Positions 54,234 to 63,403 of a stretch of DNA of 64,000 nt are shown in pieces. The notes below the pieces were generated by a model, which did no database searches, had not been told where the DNA came from, and saw nothing but the letters and a program-made list of their open reading frames with translations. The position numbers were made by a program, and so were the translations under genes. The first letter of the stretch is position 1. Each line of letters begins with the position of its first letter. The DNA is from a virus: positions 1 to 64,000 of the IMG/VR virus record IMGVR_UViG_3300031111_000011. One strand, 5' to 3'.

Positions 54234-56291
54234 TCATCCAACAGTCACCTCTGGGATTGCGCCCTGTTCAAGTTGCTCAGGTGGTAGCTGCTCCATGTGG
54301 GGAAGCCCAGGCCGCTCTGTTGACCCTTCGTCGTTAACATGGCCGCTTGATTTAGCCTTCATGAGTTCCAGTTCGCGCATGAACTGTTTTTCCTCCTCAG
54401 CAGCGGCAGCAGCCCTTTGCTGCTCATCAGCAACCTGATCCGGATTCTTGATGAGGTTCATCTCATCCAAGTCAAGTGCCTTGGCGATTTCTCGGAGGAT
54501 CGCATCACGATTCACGAACTGCATATCGATCTCGTTGTTCGTGAGGGCAAGGAACTGGTTAAGCTGTTCGGCTCGAACTTCTTTAGCAATCAGAGAGGCA
54601 GATCCCTCGGCATTAACGCTGAAGTCGCCCTTGATTTCCGGTTTCGGATTGAACTCCATGTTCCAGAAATACATGCTCTTGATGAAGGGCTTTGTGATCC
54701 CATCATCGAAGTTCTTGACCTGATCCTTAATGGTGATGTTGGCTGATCCCATCAGGAGGCTTAGGCCAGTAGCTGTCTTGCCAGCACCTCCGAGGTGCGC
54801 CTGATCTCCGTACATATAACGGGGAACAGTGGTAACCTCGTCAGCAGTCTTCAGGAAGAATTCCACCATGGTGAGAAATTCAGAGGTATGTGACGGAATC
54901 TGGTTGACATTGATTGCCTTGGCTGAGGCTTCCATGCCCTGGCCGTTACGTCTGAAAACTCTGAATGGGTAGATGTCTTGCGGATCTTCAGCCGAGTCCA
55001 GAAGGTCGATGTTGGCCTCGATAATAGGACCGGCAGAGATGGCAGCATTATCGAGCAGAGCACGAACACTGGCGTTGAACAGGCTCTGCGGATCACGCAT
55101 GATCCGGGGGATGCCTTCACCGAAAATGCTCGTCTCGTCCTTCTCGTAGTAGTAGGTGAAATATGGGAAAGTGACCCCTTCCAGGGGACTGATCACCGCC
55201 TTGATCACTACGTCACCGAGAAGCCACACGTTGGCAGCAACCTCCATACCGAGCCTTTCCTCATCAATCTCAACGCCGTAATCCTTGAGATCCTGAGTAC
55301 TTACGAACCCCCAAAACTCAAGGAGTTCATATCGGCCTTTGGCCCCCATCTGAGTAGCCGCCTTGCTCTCACCATCCTGGCTGAGGGTCCGGAGGTCACT
55401 CTCATGGTTCTTGTACTCGACATCGCCGTCGTGGTGTGCTCGAAGGTATGCTCGAATAGCGTCCCCTTTGAAGTCCTTCCGGCCAGCAAGCTGGTAAACC
55501 TGATGCCGGTTCTTGACGTGTCGCTGGAACACAAATCGGGCATCGTCAACCCGGTTCACAGACATGTCAGGGTAAAAGTCCCAAATAGGGACAAACTCAC
55601 AGTAAGGTGAGTAGGACGTCATGGACATTGTGGCCCAGGTACCACTCTCATGTGGAACCCATCGTTTCGCCACGTTCTGTTTAATCAGTGGGCCTTTGAG
55701 AATACCCGTTCCGTAAACATTCCCGGAATGGATGACATTCCGAATGATCTCTCGATACTTGATCTCAGCGAGTTGATCTTCGATCTCCTTTTGCATCGAA
55801 TCAGATCTACGTTTCGCTTCATCAAAAAGAACTTGCTTGATCTGGTGAGGAGATGGCTCCTGGCCGTTGATTTCGGTGAGTTGGGCGTAAATCTGTTCGA
55901 CCAAATCTGGGCTCAACTCCGGAAGCGGAGTCGGGGTAATCCCCCAGTTACGGTCCCCGTTCGCTGGAAAGAGTATGTCACACACCCTGGCACTGACTGT
56001 TTTGACCTTTGTGCGTGTGATGGAAAGATTCGCCTTCGACCGTTTTGGGTGCATTTTTGAGAGAATACCAGGGTCATACTGCCCCTTGTATTGGCGAAGA
56101 TCCTTGATCCACTCCTGTTCGATTTGACGACGATCTGATTCCACTTGATCGAAGAGCCCACGGATATACAGGCCGAGAGGGGACATATAGTCCGCATACA
56201 TCGCTTTCTTTTCAGTGAGTTCTGGACTTGCCTCTTCCTCTTTCACAGCAGCGACGTAGGTCTTGTCAAACATCTGCTTTTCATGTTCCAT
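54234..56291 (-). CDS. portal protein candidate (685 aa)
   Basis: Size and position upstream of scaffold and capsid; acidic C-terminal tail. Confidence 0.6.
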   Translation of the reverse strand: MEHEKQMFDKTYVAAVKEEEASPELTEKKAMYADYMSPLGLYIRGLFDQVESDRRQIEQEWIKDLRQYKGQYDPGILSKMHPKRSKANLSITRTKVKTVSARVCDILFPANGDRNWGITPTPLPELSPDLVEQIYAQLTEINGQEPSPHQIKQVLFDEAKRRSDSMQKEIEDQLAEIKYREIIRNVIHSGNVYGTGILKGPLIKQNVAKRWVPHESGTWATMSMTSYSPYCEFVPIWDFYPDMSVNRVDDARFVFQRHVKNRHQVYQLAGRKDFKGDAIRAYLRAHHDGDVEYKNHESDLRTLSQDGESKAATQMGAKGRYELLEFWGFVSTQDLKDYGVEIDEERLGMEVAANVWLLGDVVIKAVISPLEGVTFPYFTYYYEKDETSIFGEGIPRIMRDPQSLFNASVRALLDNAAISAGPIIEANIDLLDSAEDPQDIYPFRVFRRNGQGMEASAKAINVNQIPSHTSEFLTMVEFFLKTADEVTTVPRYMYGDQAHLGGAGKTATGLSLLMGSANITIKDQVKNFDDGITKPFIKSMYFWNMEFNPKPEIKGDFSVNAEGSASLIAKEVRAEQLNQFLALTNNEIDMQFVNRDAILREIAKALDLDEMNLIKNPDQVADEQQRAAAAAEEEKQFMRELELMKAKSSGHVNDEGSTERPGLPHMEQLPPEQLEQGAIPEVTVG

Positions 56292-56626
56292 TAGACAACT
56301 TTGACCTTGTAGAAGTAGAAGACGTGCTTGGCCCCTGAGTCCAGAGTTACTTCAAAGAGAAGTGTGTTGCTGGTTCCCTTGTAAGTGTCTCCTGGATACT
56401 GAAATGTGACCGAAACTGCGTCAGTGTGGACAGTAACCGTGTCAATAATGTCTTCCGTAATCTCTGTAGTGAGATCATCCCCTGGTTTGACTTTCCCCGT
56501 GTAGCACTTCACGTCACAACTACTGAGAGCCGTTCCGTCTGGAAGAGAGTCACTGAAGTCAAACCGGAATGGACCCCACTCATCCGAAAAGTATCGGATC
56601 TCAATGGTGTCGTTAGGGAAATCCAT
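56291..56626 (-). CDS. hypothetical structural protein (111 aa)
   Basis: ORF track. Confidence 0.5.
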   Translation of the reverse strand: MDFPNDTIEIRYFSDEWGPFRFDFSDSLPDGTALSSCDVKCYTGKVKPGDDLTTEITEDIIDTVTVHTDAVSVTFQYPGDTYKGTSNTLLFEVTLDSGAKHVFYFYKVKVV

Positions 56627-57096
56627 TATGCGTACTCTACGGTGATGCCAAAGGTGTCGTTGGCGAGGTTCGGAGCACCCGCAGTGACAGTCCGACGAAT
56701 CCAGACACGTTGAGCACCTGATGCCGCAATATCGCTGATAGAGAGCTTCGAACCACTAAGAGGATGGGAGAACGAAACTCCGGAAGGTGCTGATCCTTCA
56801 GCCCCAATAGTCTGGGTTGTGCTGTCCAGGCCGATATCAAACTGGGTGTAGGAACTGGTTGACTCTGTGTCGATCCAGATCTTAACCACCACAGCGGTGG
56901 CATCCCCGGCGTTGTAAAGGTCGATAGCCCGATACTCAACATCGCCAGCAATAGCCTCAGCGGGCTCCACGTTGTCGAACAGGTTGTTGAGAGCGGTTCC
57001 ACTTACCTGATTTGAACTCCCGACACCTCCGAGAGAGGCATCGGGGTCAGAGTTAGATGCACCACCAGTGAGCCGAAACTGGAGAGAAGCAGCCAT
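56626..57096 (-). CDS. hypothetical structural protein (156 aa), Ser/Thr/Gly-rich
   Basis: ORF track. Confidence 0.5.
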   Translation of the reverse strand: MAASLQFRLTGGASNSDPDASLGGVGSSNQVSGTALNNLFDNVEPAEAIAGDVEYRAIDLYNAGDATAVVVKIWIDTESTSSYTQFDIGLDSTTQTIGAEGSAPSGVSFSHPLSGSKLSISDIAASGAQRVWIRRTVTAGAPNLANDTFGITVEYA

Positions 57097-57108
57097 TGTT
57101 TCTCCTTA

Positions 57109-60045
57109 TTAATTTGGAAATGGTGTCACGCACCCGAAGGTGAACGGGATACTCTTCCCTGGCCCGATGGCCGTGGGAAGAATCAGTCCGGTGTTCTGGA
57201 AGGTGACAGGTTGTGATTCGAAACCGGCAGCAAGAGCCTCAGCTACCCGTTCGAGTTGAAGGACATTTGGTGGATTCACCAGGAACTGCTTCGAGATCGT
57301 GGAAACAATCCCTACCGCATTCGGATAAATGTTCGAAAAGATTTTGCTATTCGAGATCAACTGGAGCCAGAGCGGGATGTGGTAAGCAAAGTCCCTCGTG
57401 ATCTGGTTCAGTAGATGAAGAGCGAAATCAGAATCCACCTCTGTGAGGATGTGAGAGGCGATCTGGTTTGCGTCTACCCGGAGGATATGGGACGCACCAG
57501 GGATGCTTTGTGACTCCAGAATATGAGCCCCTGAGAGCCCTGTGGTAGCCCTCAGCAGATGAGCCGCCGAATCCATTGCTCCACTGATGAGAATATGGCT
57601 ATCAAACGACTTGGACCCGTCCACCAGGAGGTGTACCGATCCGCTCATCTGAGCAGCAGCCAAAATATGGGCAGCAGCCGAAAGGAGTGAGTTGTACCGG
57701 TCAAAAACCTGTGCGGCAAAGTCTTGTGAAACTTGATTCAGGATATGCGAAGCACCATCAATTGATCCACCCACCAGAAGGTGGTTGGCAATGTCCCTGG
57801 ACACCCCATTCAGAACGTGAGCAGCACCGTCAAAACTCTCACCAGCCATAATATGTGCTGCAAGGTCCAGATAGCGGTATTGGGTAGAAAGCTCAAAATT
57901 GGCAGTGTAGCTTCGATTCTGGTAAACACTCGTTGCAGTGAGTGGGTTGCTCGTTGTAGTAGCGTACCCTGTCCAGTTGACAAAGGCATAGCCACTGTTC
58001 GGGACAGCCGTGACAGCAGTGGAGTTGCCACCGTAAGAAACGGTTTGACTGGTGGTCCCGCTTAGTGTCCCACCTGTTCCAGCAGAAAAGGTCACATTAT
58101 AACTGGGAAACGTAGCAGTGACACTAAGGTACAGTTGGTTCGCAGTGCCATCTGGACCGTAGAAAATCGAGACAGGTTTAGGGGTTGAGGTCGGGGGCGA
58201 ATTAACCGCATCGTGGTAATCCCTGAGACAAAGCTTGGTGTCCCCGGTCTTGTTAATGTGGGATCGTCCAGCAGCGTTAAAAGTGATCGTTTTCCAAACA
58301 TTCGCCGTGGTACCGGATGCTACTGTCCCAAAAATAGTTGACCCGAAACTATTGTAGTCACTGGTTGTAAGTGACGAACTCTGTGTACCTGCGTAGCAAT
58401 ATACAGTAGAGCCTGTGGTTACTGCCGAGTCTCCTTGATTCGTGTGTGTCTTTGCCTTGAAAGAAACCGCAGTAATCGTAGCAGCACTTAAGGCCGATGT
58501 ATCGTGACGTGTGAAAGCTCGGACAATTTGGTACTTAGTACCAGCGTACGTTGACTTACAAGAGATATTGGTTGCGCTATCGACAACATACCCACCAGTA
58601 CTCCTGGCGACTCCCCAACTTGAATCCCCCAACATAGTATTACTAATTGTGCCAGCACCAGTGAGTTCCCCGTAGTAGGTGTAAGCATCAATGTATGAAG
58701 TGTTACGCAGAACTCCTGAAGTAATAGTCTCAGAAGTTGGGTATTTCACATACTCAAGAGTCCCATCGGGATTGTCACAAAGAGTATGTAGAACTGTTGC
58801 TGTAAGGGGAGTAAACTCCGCGTCAATAAGAATTGGTTGGCGAATGGTAAACTTAACGCTTCCATCCATGTCAGTGATAATGTACCTGCCGAATTCATCC
58901 GGTTGGTAATACTCCCCTGTAACTGACAGGGAATTGGCCTTCTTAACCCGCGTAATAATATGATCCTGAACAACTTGAACAAATTGCTCATAGGTTGTAT
59001 CCAGGTAACCAACCTTGCTAATATCCCACCATCGGTTTGGGTCTTTGTATACCTTCGGGATTTCACCAGTGAGGTCTTTGGTGTCAATCGCAGCACCGAT
59101 CCAACCGGGGCCACCTACGTACCCACCGATCAACTTACCGTCGCAAATGTAACCATACCCCTCAGTGGTAACGGGCTTACCGGCCAGAATCGATAGCGCC
59201 TCACAAAAAATTCGATTGATACCTCGCTTCATTGGAGCGTCTTTGATAAGAATATGGATCTTACCATCATTCATGTAGGAGGTACACGCACCAACTTGAG
59301 TCTGGTCTACAAAGTAGCCCTCTGGAAGTGTTTCGCAGATATCATCTTCAGTCCCTTTTGTTACGGACTTCCCAACCTGTTGACCAAAGCTAATTGAAAA
59401 GCGAGACTCTGCCATACGAGCAAAGACAACATTGTACCACTCAGCCGTGGTAACAATCCCGTGGGCAGACACGTCTGGATCGATAAAAGCCTCCCGAAGC
59501 ACCTGTGTGCCGGATACTTTTGGATTCTGGACTTTCAAACCCTTAAGGTGAATCTTGTATGACACCTTAAAGTCTTCAATAGGCCGGTCAACCTTAACCA
59601 TTTGGCGGGTGGAGACACGGCTGTTTTGTACAACACAATTACCGAGGTCAATAGTACATGGGTTTACTTGTGTGTTCTTTGTGAGATCTACCGGAACGTC
59701 TTGACCGTCAAACTCAATGCCCTCAATCGAAAACTCAAGTTGTTCGGTCCCAAGCTTCTGGTTTTCATCAGGTCGAAGTCCAAGGTACTTCGTTGGAGTG
59801 CCATCCGTTCGAATACCAGCACTAACAATGTTCTTATCACGTAGAAGAATCCTACCGACAGTGCTCTCAGTTTGGGCAACTTCCTCTAAAATGATTGGTC
59901 TGAGAGTCCCGTTTTCATCCTGGTAGTACTCTGGAGAACTCACGTCAAAGCACCGGTACTCCGCAAAGCCATCGTCATACGGAAGTACATCAGTAAATCT
60001 ATTTACAGGAGCATGTGAAGGAAGAAGAGGGGTTCTCTCGGTCAT
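57109..60045 (-). CDS. large virion appendage protein (978 aa) with C-terminal tandem xxHxL repeats
   Basis: About 20 ~13-aa repeats (AAHVLNGVSRD.. / ASHILNQVSQD.. / AAHLLRATTGL..); lies between terminase and portal, as the sheath/appendage gene does in N4. Confidence 0.6.
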   Translation of the reverse strand: MTERTPLLPSHAPVNRFTDVLPYDDGFAEYRCFDVSSPEYYQDENGTLRPIILEEVAQTESTVGRILLRDKNIVSAGIRTDGTPTKYLGLRPDENQKLGTEQLEFSIEGIEFDGQDVPVDLTKNTQVNPCTIDLGNCVVQNSRVSTRQMVKVDRPIEDFKVSYKIHLKGLKVQNPKVSGTQVLREAFIDPDVSAHGIVTTAEWYNVVFARMAESRFSISFGQQVGKSVTKGTEDDICETLPEGYFVDQTQVGACTSYMNDGKIHILIKDAPMKRGINRIFCEALSILAGKPVTTEGYGYICDGKLIGGYVGGPGWIGAAIDTKDLTGEIPKVYKDPNRWWDISKVGYLDTTYEQFVQVVQDHIITRVKKANSLSVTGEYYQPDEFGRYIITDMDGSVKFTIRQPILIDAEFTPLTATVLHTLCDNPDGTLEYVKYPTSETITSGVLRNTSYIDAYTYYGELTGAGTISNTMLGDSSWGVARSTGGYVVDSATNISCKSTYAGTKYQIVRAFTRHDTSALSAATITAVSFKAKTHTNQGDSAVTTGSTVYCYAGTQSSSLTTSDYNSFGSTIFGTVASGTTANVWKTITFNAAGRSHINKTGDTKLCLRDYHDAVNSPPTSTPKPVSIFYGPDGTANQLYLSVTATFPSYNVTFSAGTGGTLSGTTSQTVSYGGNSTAVTAVPNSGYAFVNWTGYATTTSNPLTATSVYQNRSYTANFELSTQYRYLDLAAHIMAGESFDGAAHVLNGVSRDIANHLLVGGSIDGASHILNQVSQDFAAQVFDRYNSLLSAAAHILAAAQMSGSVHLLVDGSKSFDSHILISGAMDSAAHLLRATTGLSGAHILESQSIPGASHILRVDANQIASHILTEVDSDFALHLLNQITRDFAYHIPLWLQLISNSKIFSNIYPNAVGIVSTISKQFLVNPPNVLQLERVAEALAAGFESQPVTFQNTGLILPTAIGPGKSIPFTFGCVTPFPN

Positions 60046-60047
60046 GG

Positions 60048-61646
60048 TTAGTATCCTGCTCCGCTATCAGCGGGGGTGTTGTATCTGCTGTGACTGGACG
60101 GTCGGGCTTTGCGCTTCATTGTCCGTCCCTCACTCAATTCGAGACAAGCATACTGAAGGGCATCGTGAACGTGGGAATAGATGTTCTTCTCTGGCTTTTC
60201 CTTGTACTTCTCACCGAGACGTACACTCTGGACCACCTTTGCAAATTTGTACTCGCTGATGAATCCCTTACGAAGTGTGTTGGCAGTGAGTTGAGAAAGC
60301 TGGAATCCACTCTGCTTACGAAGAAAGAAGTTCACCGCTTCACGACGAGCCAGTTCGTTGTTTGTCTTGGCGAGTCGAGTGGGTAGTCCCGCCTGGACCA
60401 GAATGTCCATGGCAGACCGCTTGTCATTCTGCGACCTGTTCCGGGCAGCAGGGTCAATGACAAGCTCAAAGTTGAACCGCATGTACTTGTTCTTGATCAG
60501 GGGCCAAAGGTGATCTTCTGCAAACTCCTGAATAGAGGTGTTCTCTGTGACAATCTCGTCAAGGATTATCAGAGATCCTGTCGGAGTGAGTTGGCAGAAA
60601 GCCGCAGCAGGAGTGAGCCCAACGTCCACACCGATGGTGATTGGCAGACCTTCAAGGGGTTTGATTGGGCGGTCGGTCGCGTGGTACTTGTCTTGGTAAG
60701 CCTTGTAGACAGGTCTTCCCTGTCGCAGAGCGCCATAGTTATTCAGGATGAAAATATTCACCCAGTCGGGGTCAGCACCCGCTACCTGATCCACGTAATA
60801 GTCTGGATCAAGATGTTTGAACCAGACGTCAATCAAATCCCCAGTGAGTGTTCCGGATGGGTTCCTTCGGAGTGGAGTCCCGTCCTGGGTGTAGGCTGCT
60901 GCCTGGGCTGGAGGACAAAGCTCAAACAAACCACGGTCTACCGCTTCCCAGTGTCCGAGGTTGTCAGCTTCAGGATTGATCCGATAAAAGTTGTTCTCGG
61001 CATCAGCTACGATCCCATCAGCCTCACTGCACATGAGCAGTGCGGGTGGTTGGTGATAGAAGCTGTGGCGATTGGGCTGCACCTCTTCGGCAAGTCTGTA
61101 CAGCCAGTGATCCACGTCTACAGAGTTGTAGTCGCAGATAATGAAGGGATCGATGGCACCCCCGTCCATAGATGCAGGAAACCGATTGACACGGGATTTG
61201 AGCATCTGGTGGACTCCAGGAGGGATTTCAGCCGCCTCGTTGATGTGGCTTGCGGTCAACTCCAGGGACTGTAGCTTATTGACATCTTCCTCCCGGTCGA
61301 GAGCGATGAAGTTCAACTCCATGTTGACCCTGGTTCCGTCCGGAAGAGGCAACGCAACAGTCCCACGGATGGGCGCACCCATCACGATTTTGATCATGTC
61401 CTTGAACCACTGTTTCCAGGACTTCACGACTGTCGTTGCAAGAGCCGGGTAAGACGCACGAATGATCGCATATCGACTATTCCGAACCCCATCCGAGTCG
61501 GGTACCTGCTTAAGAGCATTCATGAACAGATGAAGGATACATCCACTGGACTTCCCAGATCCCACCGGGCCTCTAACGAAGAGGAACCTGTTGGGATCAC
61601 GATGGACTTTCATGAACGTATTGTTTGCGACATAGTTGATTTGCAT
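60048..61646 (-). CDS. terL: terminase large subunit
   Basis: Walker A VRGPVGSGKSS at the N-terminus; C-terminal nuclease region; 532 aa. Confidence 0.85.
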   Translation of the reverse strand: MQINYVANNTFMKVHRDPNRFLFVRGPVGSGKSSGCILHLFMNALKQVPDSDGVRNSRYAIIRASYPALATTVVKSWKQWFKDMIKIVMGAPIRGTVALPLPDGTRVNMELNFIALDREEDVNKLQSLELTASHINEAAEIPPGVHQMLKSRVNRFPASMDGGAIDPFIICDYNSVDVDHWLYRLAEEVQPNRHSFYHQPPALLMCSEADGIVADAENNFYRINPEADNLGHWEAVDRGLFELCPPAQAAAYTQDGTPLRRNPSGTLTGDLIDVWFKHLDPDYYVDQVAGADPDWVNIFILNNYGALRQGRPVYKAYQDKYHATDRPIKPLEGLPITIGVDVGLTPAAAFCQLTPTGSLIILDEIVTENTSIQEFAEDHLWPLIKNKYMRFNFELVIDPAARNRSQNDKRSAMDILVQAGLPTRLAKTNNELARREAVNFFLRKQSGFQLSQLTANTLRKGFISEYKFAKVVQSVRLGEKYKEKPEKNIYSHVHDALQYACLELSEGRTMKRKARPSSHSRYNTPADSGAGY

Positions 61647-61648
61647 AG

Positions 61649-62065
61649 TTACTTAGTTCCGGAGAGTGGAATAACCTTCCCTGCGATAGGAGGAGCAGCC
61701 TTTGGTTGCTCTTGGGTAGGATTGCCAAGCATGAGATTGAGAACAGTTGTGTCCCCAGAACCCAGATTGACTTCGGTGGATTTGAGACGAGGAAAGCAGT
61801 ACCCCATCAGATCTTTCTCGATTGAGCGTCTCCACTTGATCTGATCTTCCAAACCTTCGAGTTCACCTGCCATCATGTAAGTGAAAAGAACCTGATCAAT
61901 CAGATCGAACTGATGGTCTTCCTTCAGTTGCTTCAGGAGAACTTTGGCCCGTTTCTGCTTATTATAGATCTGAGGCTTACGAGGTTTGCGTTTCGCTGCT
62001 TTCTTCTTCGGGGCTTTTTTCTTCGGAGGGGATTGACCTTCAACGGTCCACTCTTGGTCAGACAT
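61649..62065 (-). CDS. terminase small subunit candidate (Lys-rich DNA-binding N-terminus)
   Basis: Directly upstream of terL; start moved to ATG 62065 (AAAGGAAC RBS) because the track start overlaps tRNA-Gln. Confidence 0.5.
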   Translation of the reverse strand: MSDQEWTVEGQSPPKKKAPKKKAAKRKPRKPQIYNKQKRAKVLLKQLKEDHQFDLIDQVLFTYMMAGELEGLEDQIKWRRSIEKDLMGYCFPRLKSTEVNLGSGDTTVLNLMLGNPTQEQPKAAPPIAGKVIPLSGTK

Positions 62066-62076
62066 GAAGTTCCTTT

Positions 62077-62151
62077 TGGAAGGGGCAGAAGGAATCGAAC
62101 CTTCCTGCACAGGTTCAAAGCCTGTTGGTTAAGCCGCTCACCCATACCCCT
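62077..62151 (-). tRNA. tRNA-Gln(UUG)
   Basis: Hand-folded: acceptor AGGGGTA/TGCCCCT, anticodon stem ACAGG/CCTGT, loop CUUUGAA, T-loop TTCGATT, encoded CCA. Confidence 0.55.
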
Positions 62152-62157
62152 ATAAGC

Positions 62158-62231
62158 TGGTCAGGGATGCTGGAATCGAACCAGCCGCCCCAAGCTTCCA
62201 AAGCCCAGGAGACTCCTTGCCGTTATCCCTG
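62158..62231 (-). tRNA. tRNA-Pro(UGG), tentative
   Basis: 7-bp acceptor, T-arm GCTGG/TTCGATT/CCAGC, loop UUUGGAA; anticodon stem has three G.U pairs. Confidence 0.45.
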
Positions 62232-62243
62232 ATGATTTGCAGA

Positions 62244-62318
62244 TGGCTCCAGAACCTGGACTCGAACCAGGATTTCAACGGTTAACAGCCGCGCGTGTTA
62301 CCTTGACACTATTCTGGA
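62244..62318 (-). tRNA. tRNA-Asn(GUU)
   Basis: Acceptor TCCAGAA/TTCTGGA, D-stem GTGT/ACAC, loop CUGUUAA, T-arm CCTGG/TTCGAGT/CCAGG, CCA. Confidence 0.6.
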
Positions 62319-62329
62319 GTGAGGAGAGA

Positions 62330-62406
62330 TGGTTGGAGCGAGAGGATTCGAACCCCCACTTAACGGGTTAAAAGCCCGTTGTGCTAACCGTTGACACTAC
62401 GCTCCA
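62330..62406 (-). tRNA. tRNA-Lys(UUU)
   Basis: Acceptor TGGAGCG/CGCTCCA, anticodon stem ACGGG/CCCGT, loop CUUUUAA, CCA. Confidence 0.65.
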
Positions 62407-62416
62407 ACAAAAAAGA

Positions 62417-62493
62417 TGGTCGCACCACCAGGACTCAAACCTGGGTCTGTCGCTTATCAGGCAACTGTTCTAATCTGTTGAACTATGGTGCAA
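62417..62493 (-). tRNA. tRNA-Ile(GAU)
   Basis: D-stem GTTC/GAAC, anticodon stem GTTGC/GCGAC, loop CUGAUAA, T-arm CCAGG/TTTGAGT/CCTGG, CCA. Confidence 0.65.
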
Positions 62494-62495
62494 TG

Positions 62496-62570
62496 TGGCA
62501 CCCCGCTAAGGAATCGAACCCTACCAATGCACCGGGTTGGAACCGGGCCGCACCCATGTGCTGCGAGGTG
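62496..62570 (-). tRNA. tRNA-Trp(CCA), tentative
   Basis: Acceptor and T-arm fold; loop UUCCAAC; short D-loop. Confidence 0.45.
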
Positions 62571-62583
62571 TGAGATGTAGAAA

Positions 62584-62690
62584 TGGGGTGAGCGGAGGGA
62601 ATCGAACCCTCTACAACAGGGCCACGACCTGTCGGCTCAACCTTTTGCTCTTCGCCCACAGTTGGACCACTCACTAAGAGTGGCTCACCC
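62584..62690 (-). tRNA. atypical long tRNA-like element (91-106 nt)
   Basis: Canonical T-arm GAGGG/TTCGATT/CCCTC plus acceptor and CCA, 9-bp terminal stem; no regular anticodon arm found by eye. Confidence 0.3.
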
Positions 62691-62697
62691 CACGAAA

Positions 62698-62797
62698 TGG
62701 ACGATGACCGTGGGACTCGAACCCACGCTCCCAAGAGGTGTCTCCCGGCGATCAACCCGTAACTGCCCCCCAGTGTGTTATCCAGCTACACCAGACA
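62698..62797 (-). tRNA. atypical long tRNA-like element (~100 nt)
   Basis: Acceptor CGATGTC/GTCATCG, D-arm GTGT-AGCTGGATA-ACAC, T-arm GTGGG/TTCGAGT/CCCAC, CCA; 49-nt middle lacks a canonical anticodon hairpin. Confidence 0.3.
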
Positions 62798-62808
62798 TCG
62801 ATATTTGT

Positions 62809-62883
62809 TGGTACTCCCTGATGGAATCGAACCACCCTCTACTGCTTGTAAGGCAGTCGTTATAGCCACTCTACTAAGGGAGT
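62809..62883 (-). tRNA. tRNA-Val(UAC)
   Basis: Acceptor ACTCCCT/AGGGAGT, anticodon stem ACTGC/GCAGT, loop CUUACAA, CCA. Confidence 0.55.
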
Positions 62884-62954
62884 ATGTGCCGGTGGCAGTG
62901 ATTAACGACCTTTGCTCTTATCATCGGGACGGTCATGCGAGGACCGGCAGAAAA

Positions 62955-63028
62955 TGGACTCCCTGAGAGGATTCGAACCTCCATCCAACGGTTCGTAGCC
63001 GAATGCTCATCCGTTGAGCTACAGGGAG
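62955..63028 (-). tRNA. tRNA-Arg(ACG)
   Basis: Acceptor CTCCCTG/CAGGGAG, D-stem GCTC/GAGC, loop CUACGAA, T-arm GGAGG/TTCGAAT/CCTCT, CCA. Confidence 0.55.
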
Positions 63029-63034
63029 TGAGTT

Positions 63035-63075
63035 GGTTTTGCCCTAAAAATAGGGGCGTTTTTGTGGCAAAACTA
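63035..63075. other. Nested hairpin spacer inside the tRNA array
   Basis: GTTTTGCC..GCCCTaaaaatAGGGGC..GGCAAAAC, read directly. Confidence 0.4.
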
Positions 63076-63151
63076 TGGTCTGCCTGGGAGGAGTCGAACC
63101 CCCTACTCTGGGGGTAGAAACCCCAAGCTCTGTCCGATGAGCTACAGGCAG
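63076..63151 (-). tRNA. tRNA-Arg(UCU)
   Basis: Acceptor CTGCCTG/CAGGCAG, D-stem GCTC/GAGC, anticodon stem TGGGG/CCCCA, loop UUUCUAC, CCA. Confidence 0.65.
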
Positions 63152-63156
63152 TGAAG

Positions 63157-63231
63157 TGGAGCCTCGTGGAGGACTTGAACCCCCGTCCCAAGCTTACAAG
63201 GCACGTATTCTACCAGTTGAACTAACGAGGC
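63157..63231 (-). tRNA. tRNA-Thr(UGU)
   Basis: Acceptor GCCTCGT/ACGAGGC, loop CUUGUAA, T-arm with TTCAAGT loop, CCA. Confidence 0.6.
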
Positions 63232-63238
63232 AAAGAAG

Positions 63239-63312
63239 TGGAGCGGTCACCAGGAATCGAACCTGGATCTGCCATCGGGGAGACAGCTATGCTACCATTA
63301 CACCATGACTGC
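63239..63312 (-). tRNA. tRNA-Gly (CCC or UCC), tentative
   Basis: T-arm CCAGG/TTCGATT/CCTGG; acceptor has one A-C mismatch; loop CUCCCCG. Confidence 0.4.
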
Positions 63313-63323
63313 TCAAAAATTGA

Positions 63324-63400
63324 TGGAGCGGATACAGGGACTCGAACCCTGACCATCTGGTTGGAAGCCAGATATGCTTGCCGTTGAACACCATACCCGC
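63324..63400 (-). tRNA. tRNA-Gly(UCC)
   Basis: Acceptor GCGGGTA/TATCCGC, anticodon stem TCTGG/CCAGA, loop CUUCCAA, CCA. Confidence 0.6.
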
Positions 63401-63403
63401 TCA

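Noticed and set aside
62887-62949. 63-nt hairpin with a perfect 7-bp closing stem TGCCGGT..ACCGGCA between tRNA-Val and tRNA-Arg
   Set aside because: It is too short for a tRNA and has no recognisable T-arm or anticodon arm. It is probably a spacer or processing hairpin, so not called as a gene.
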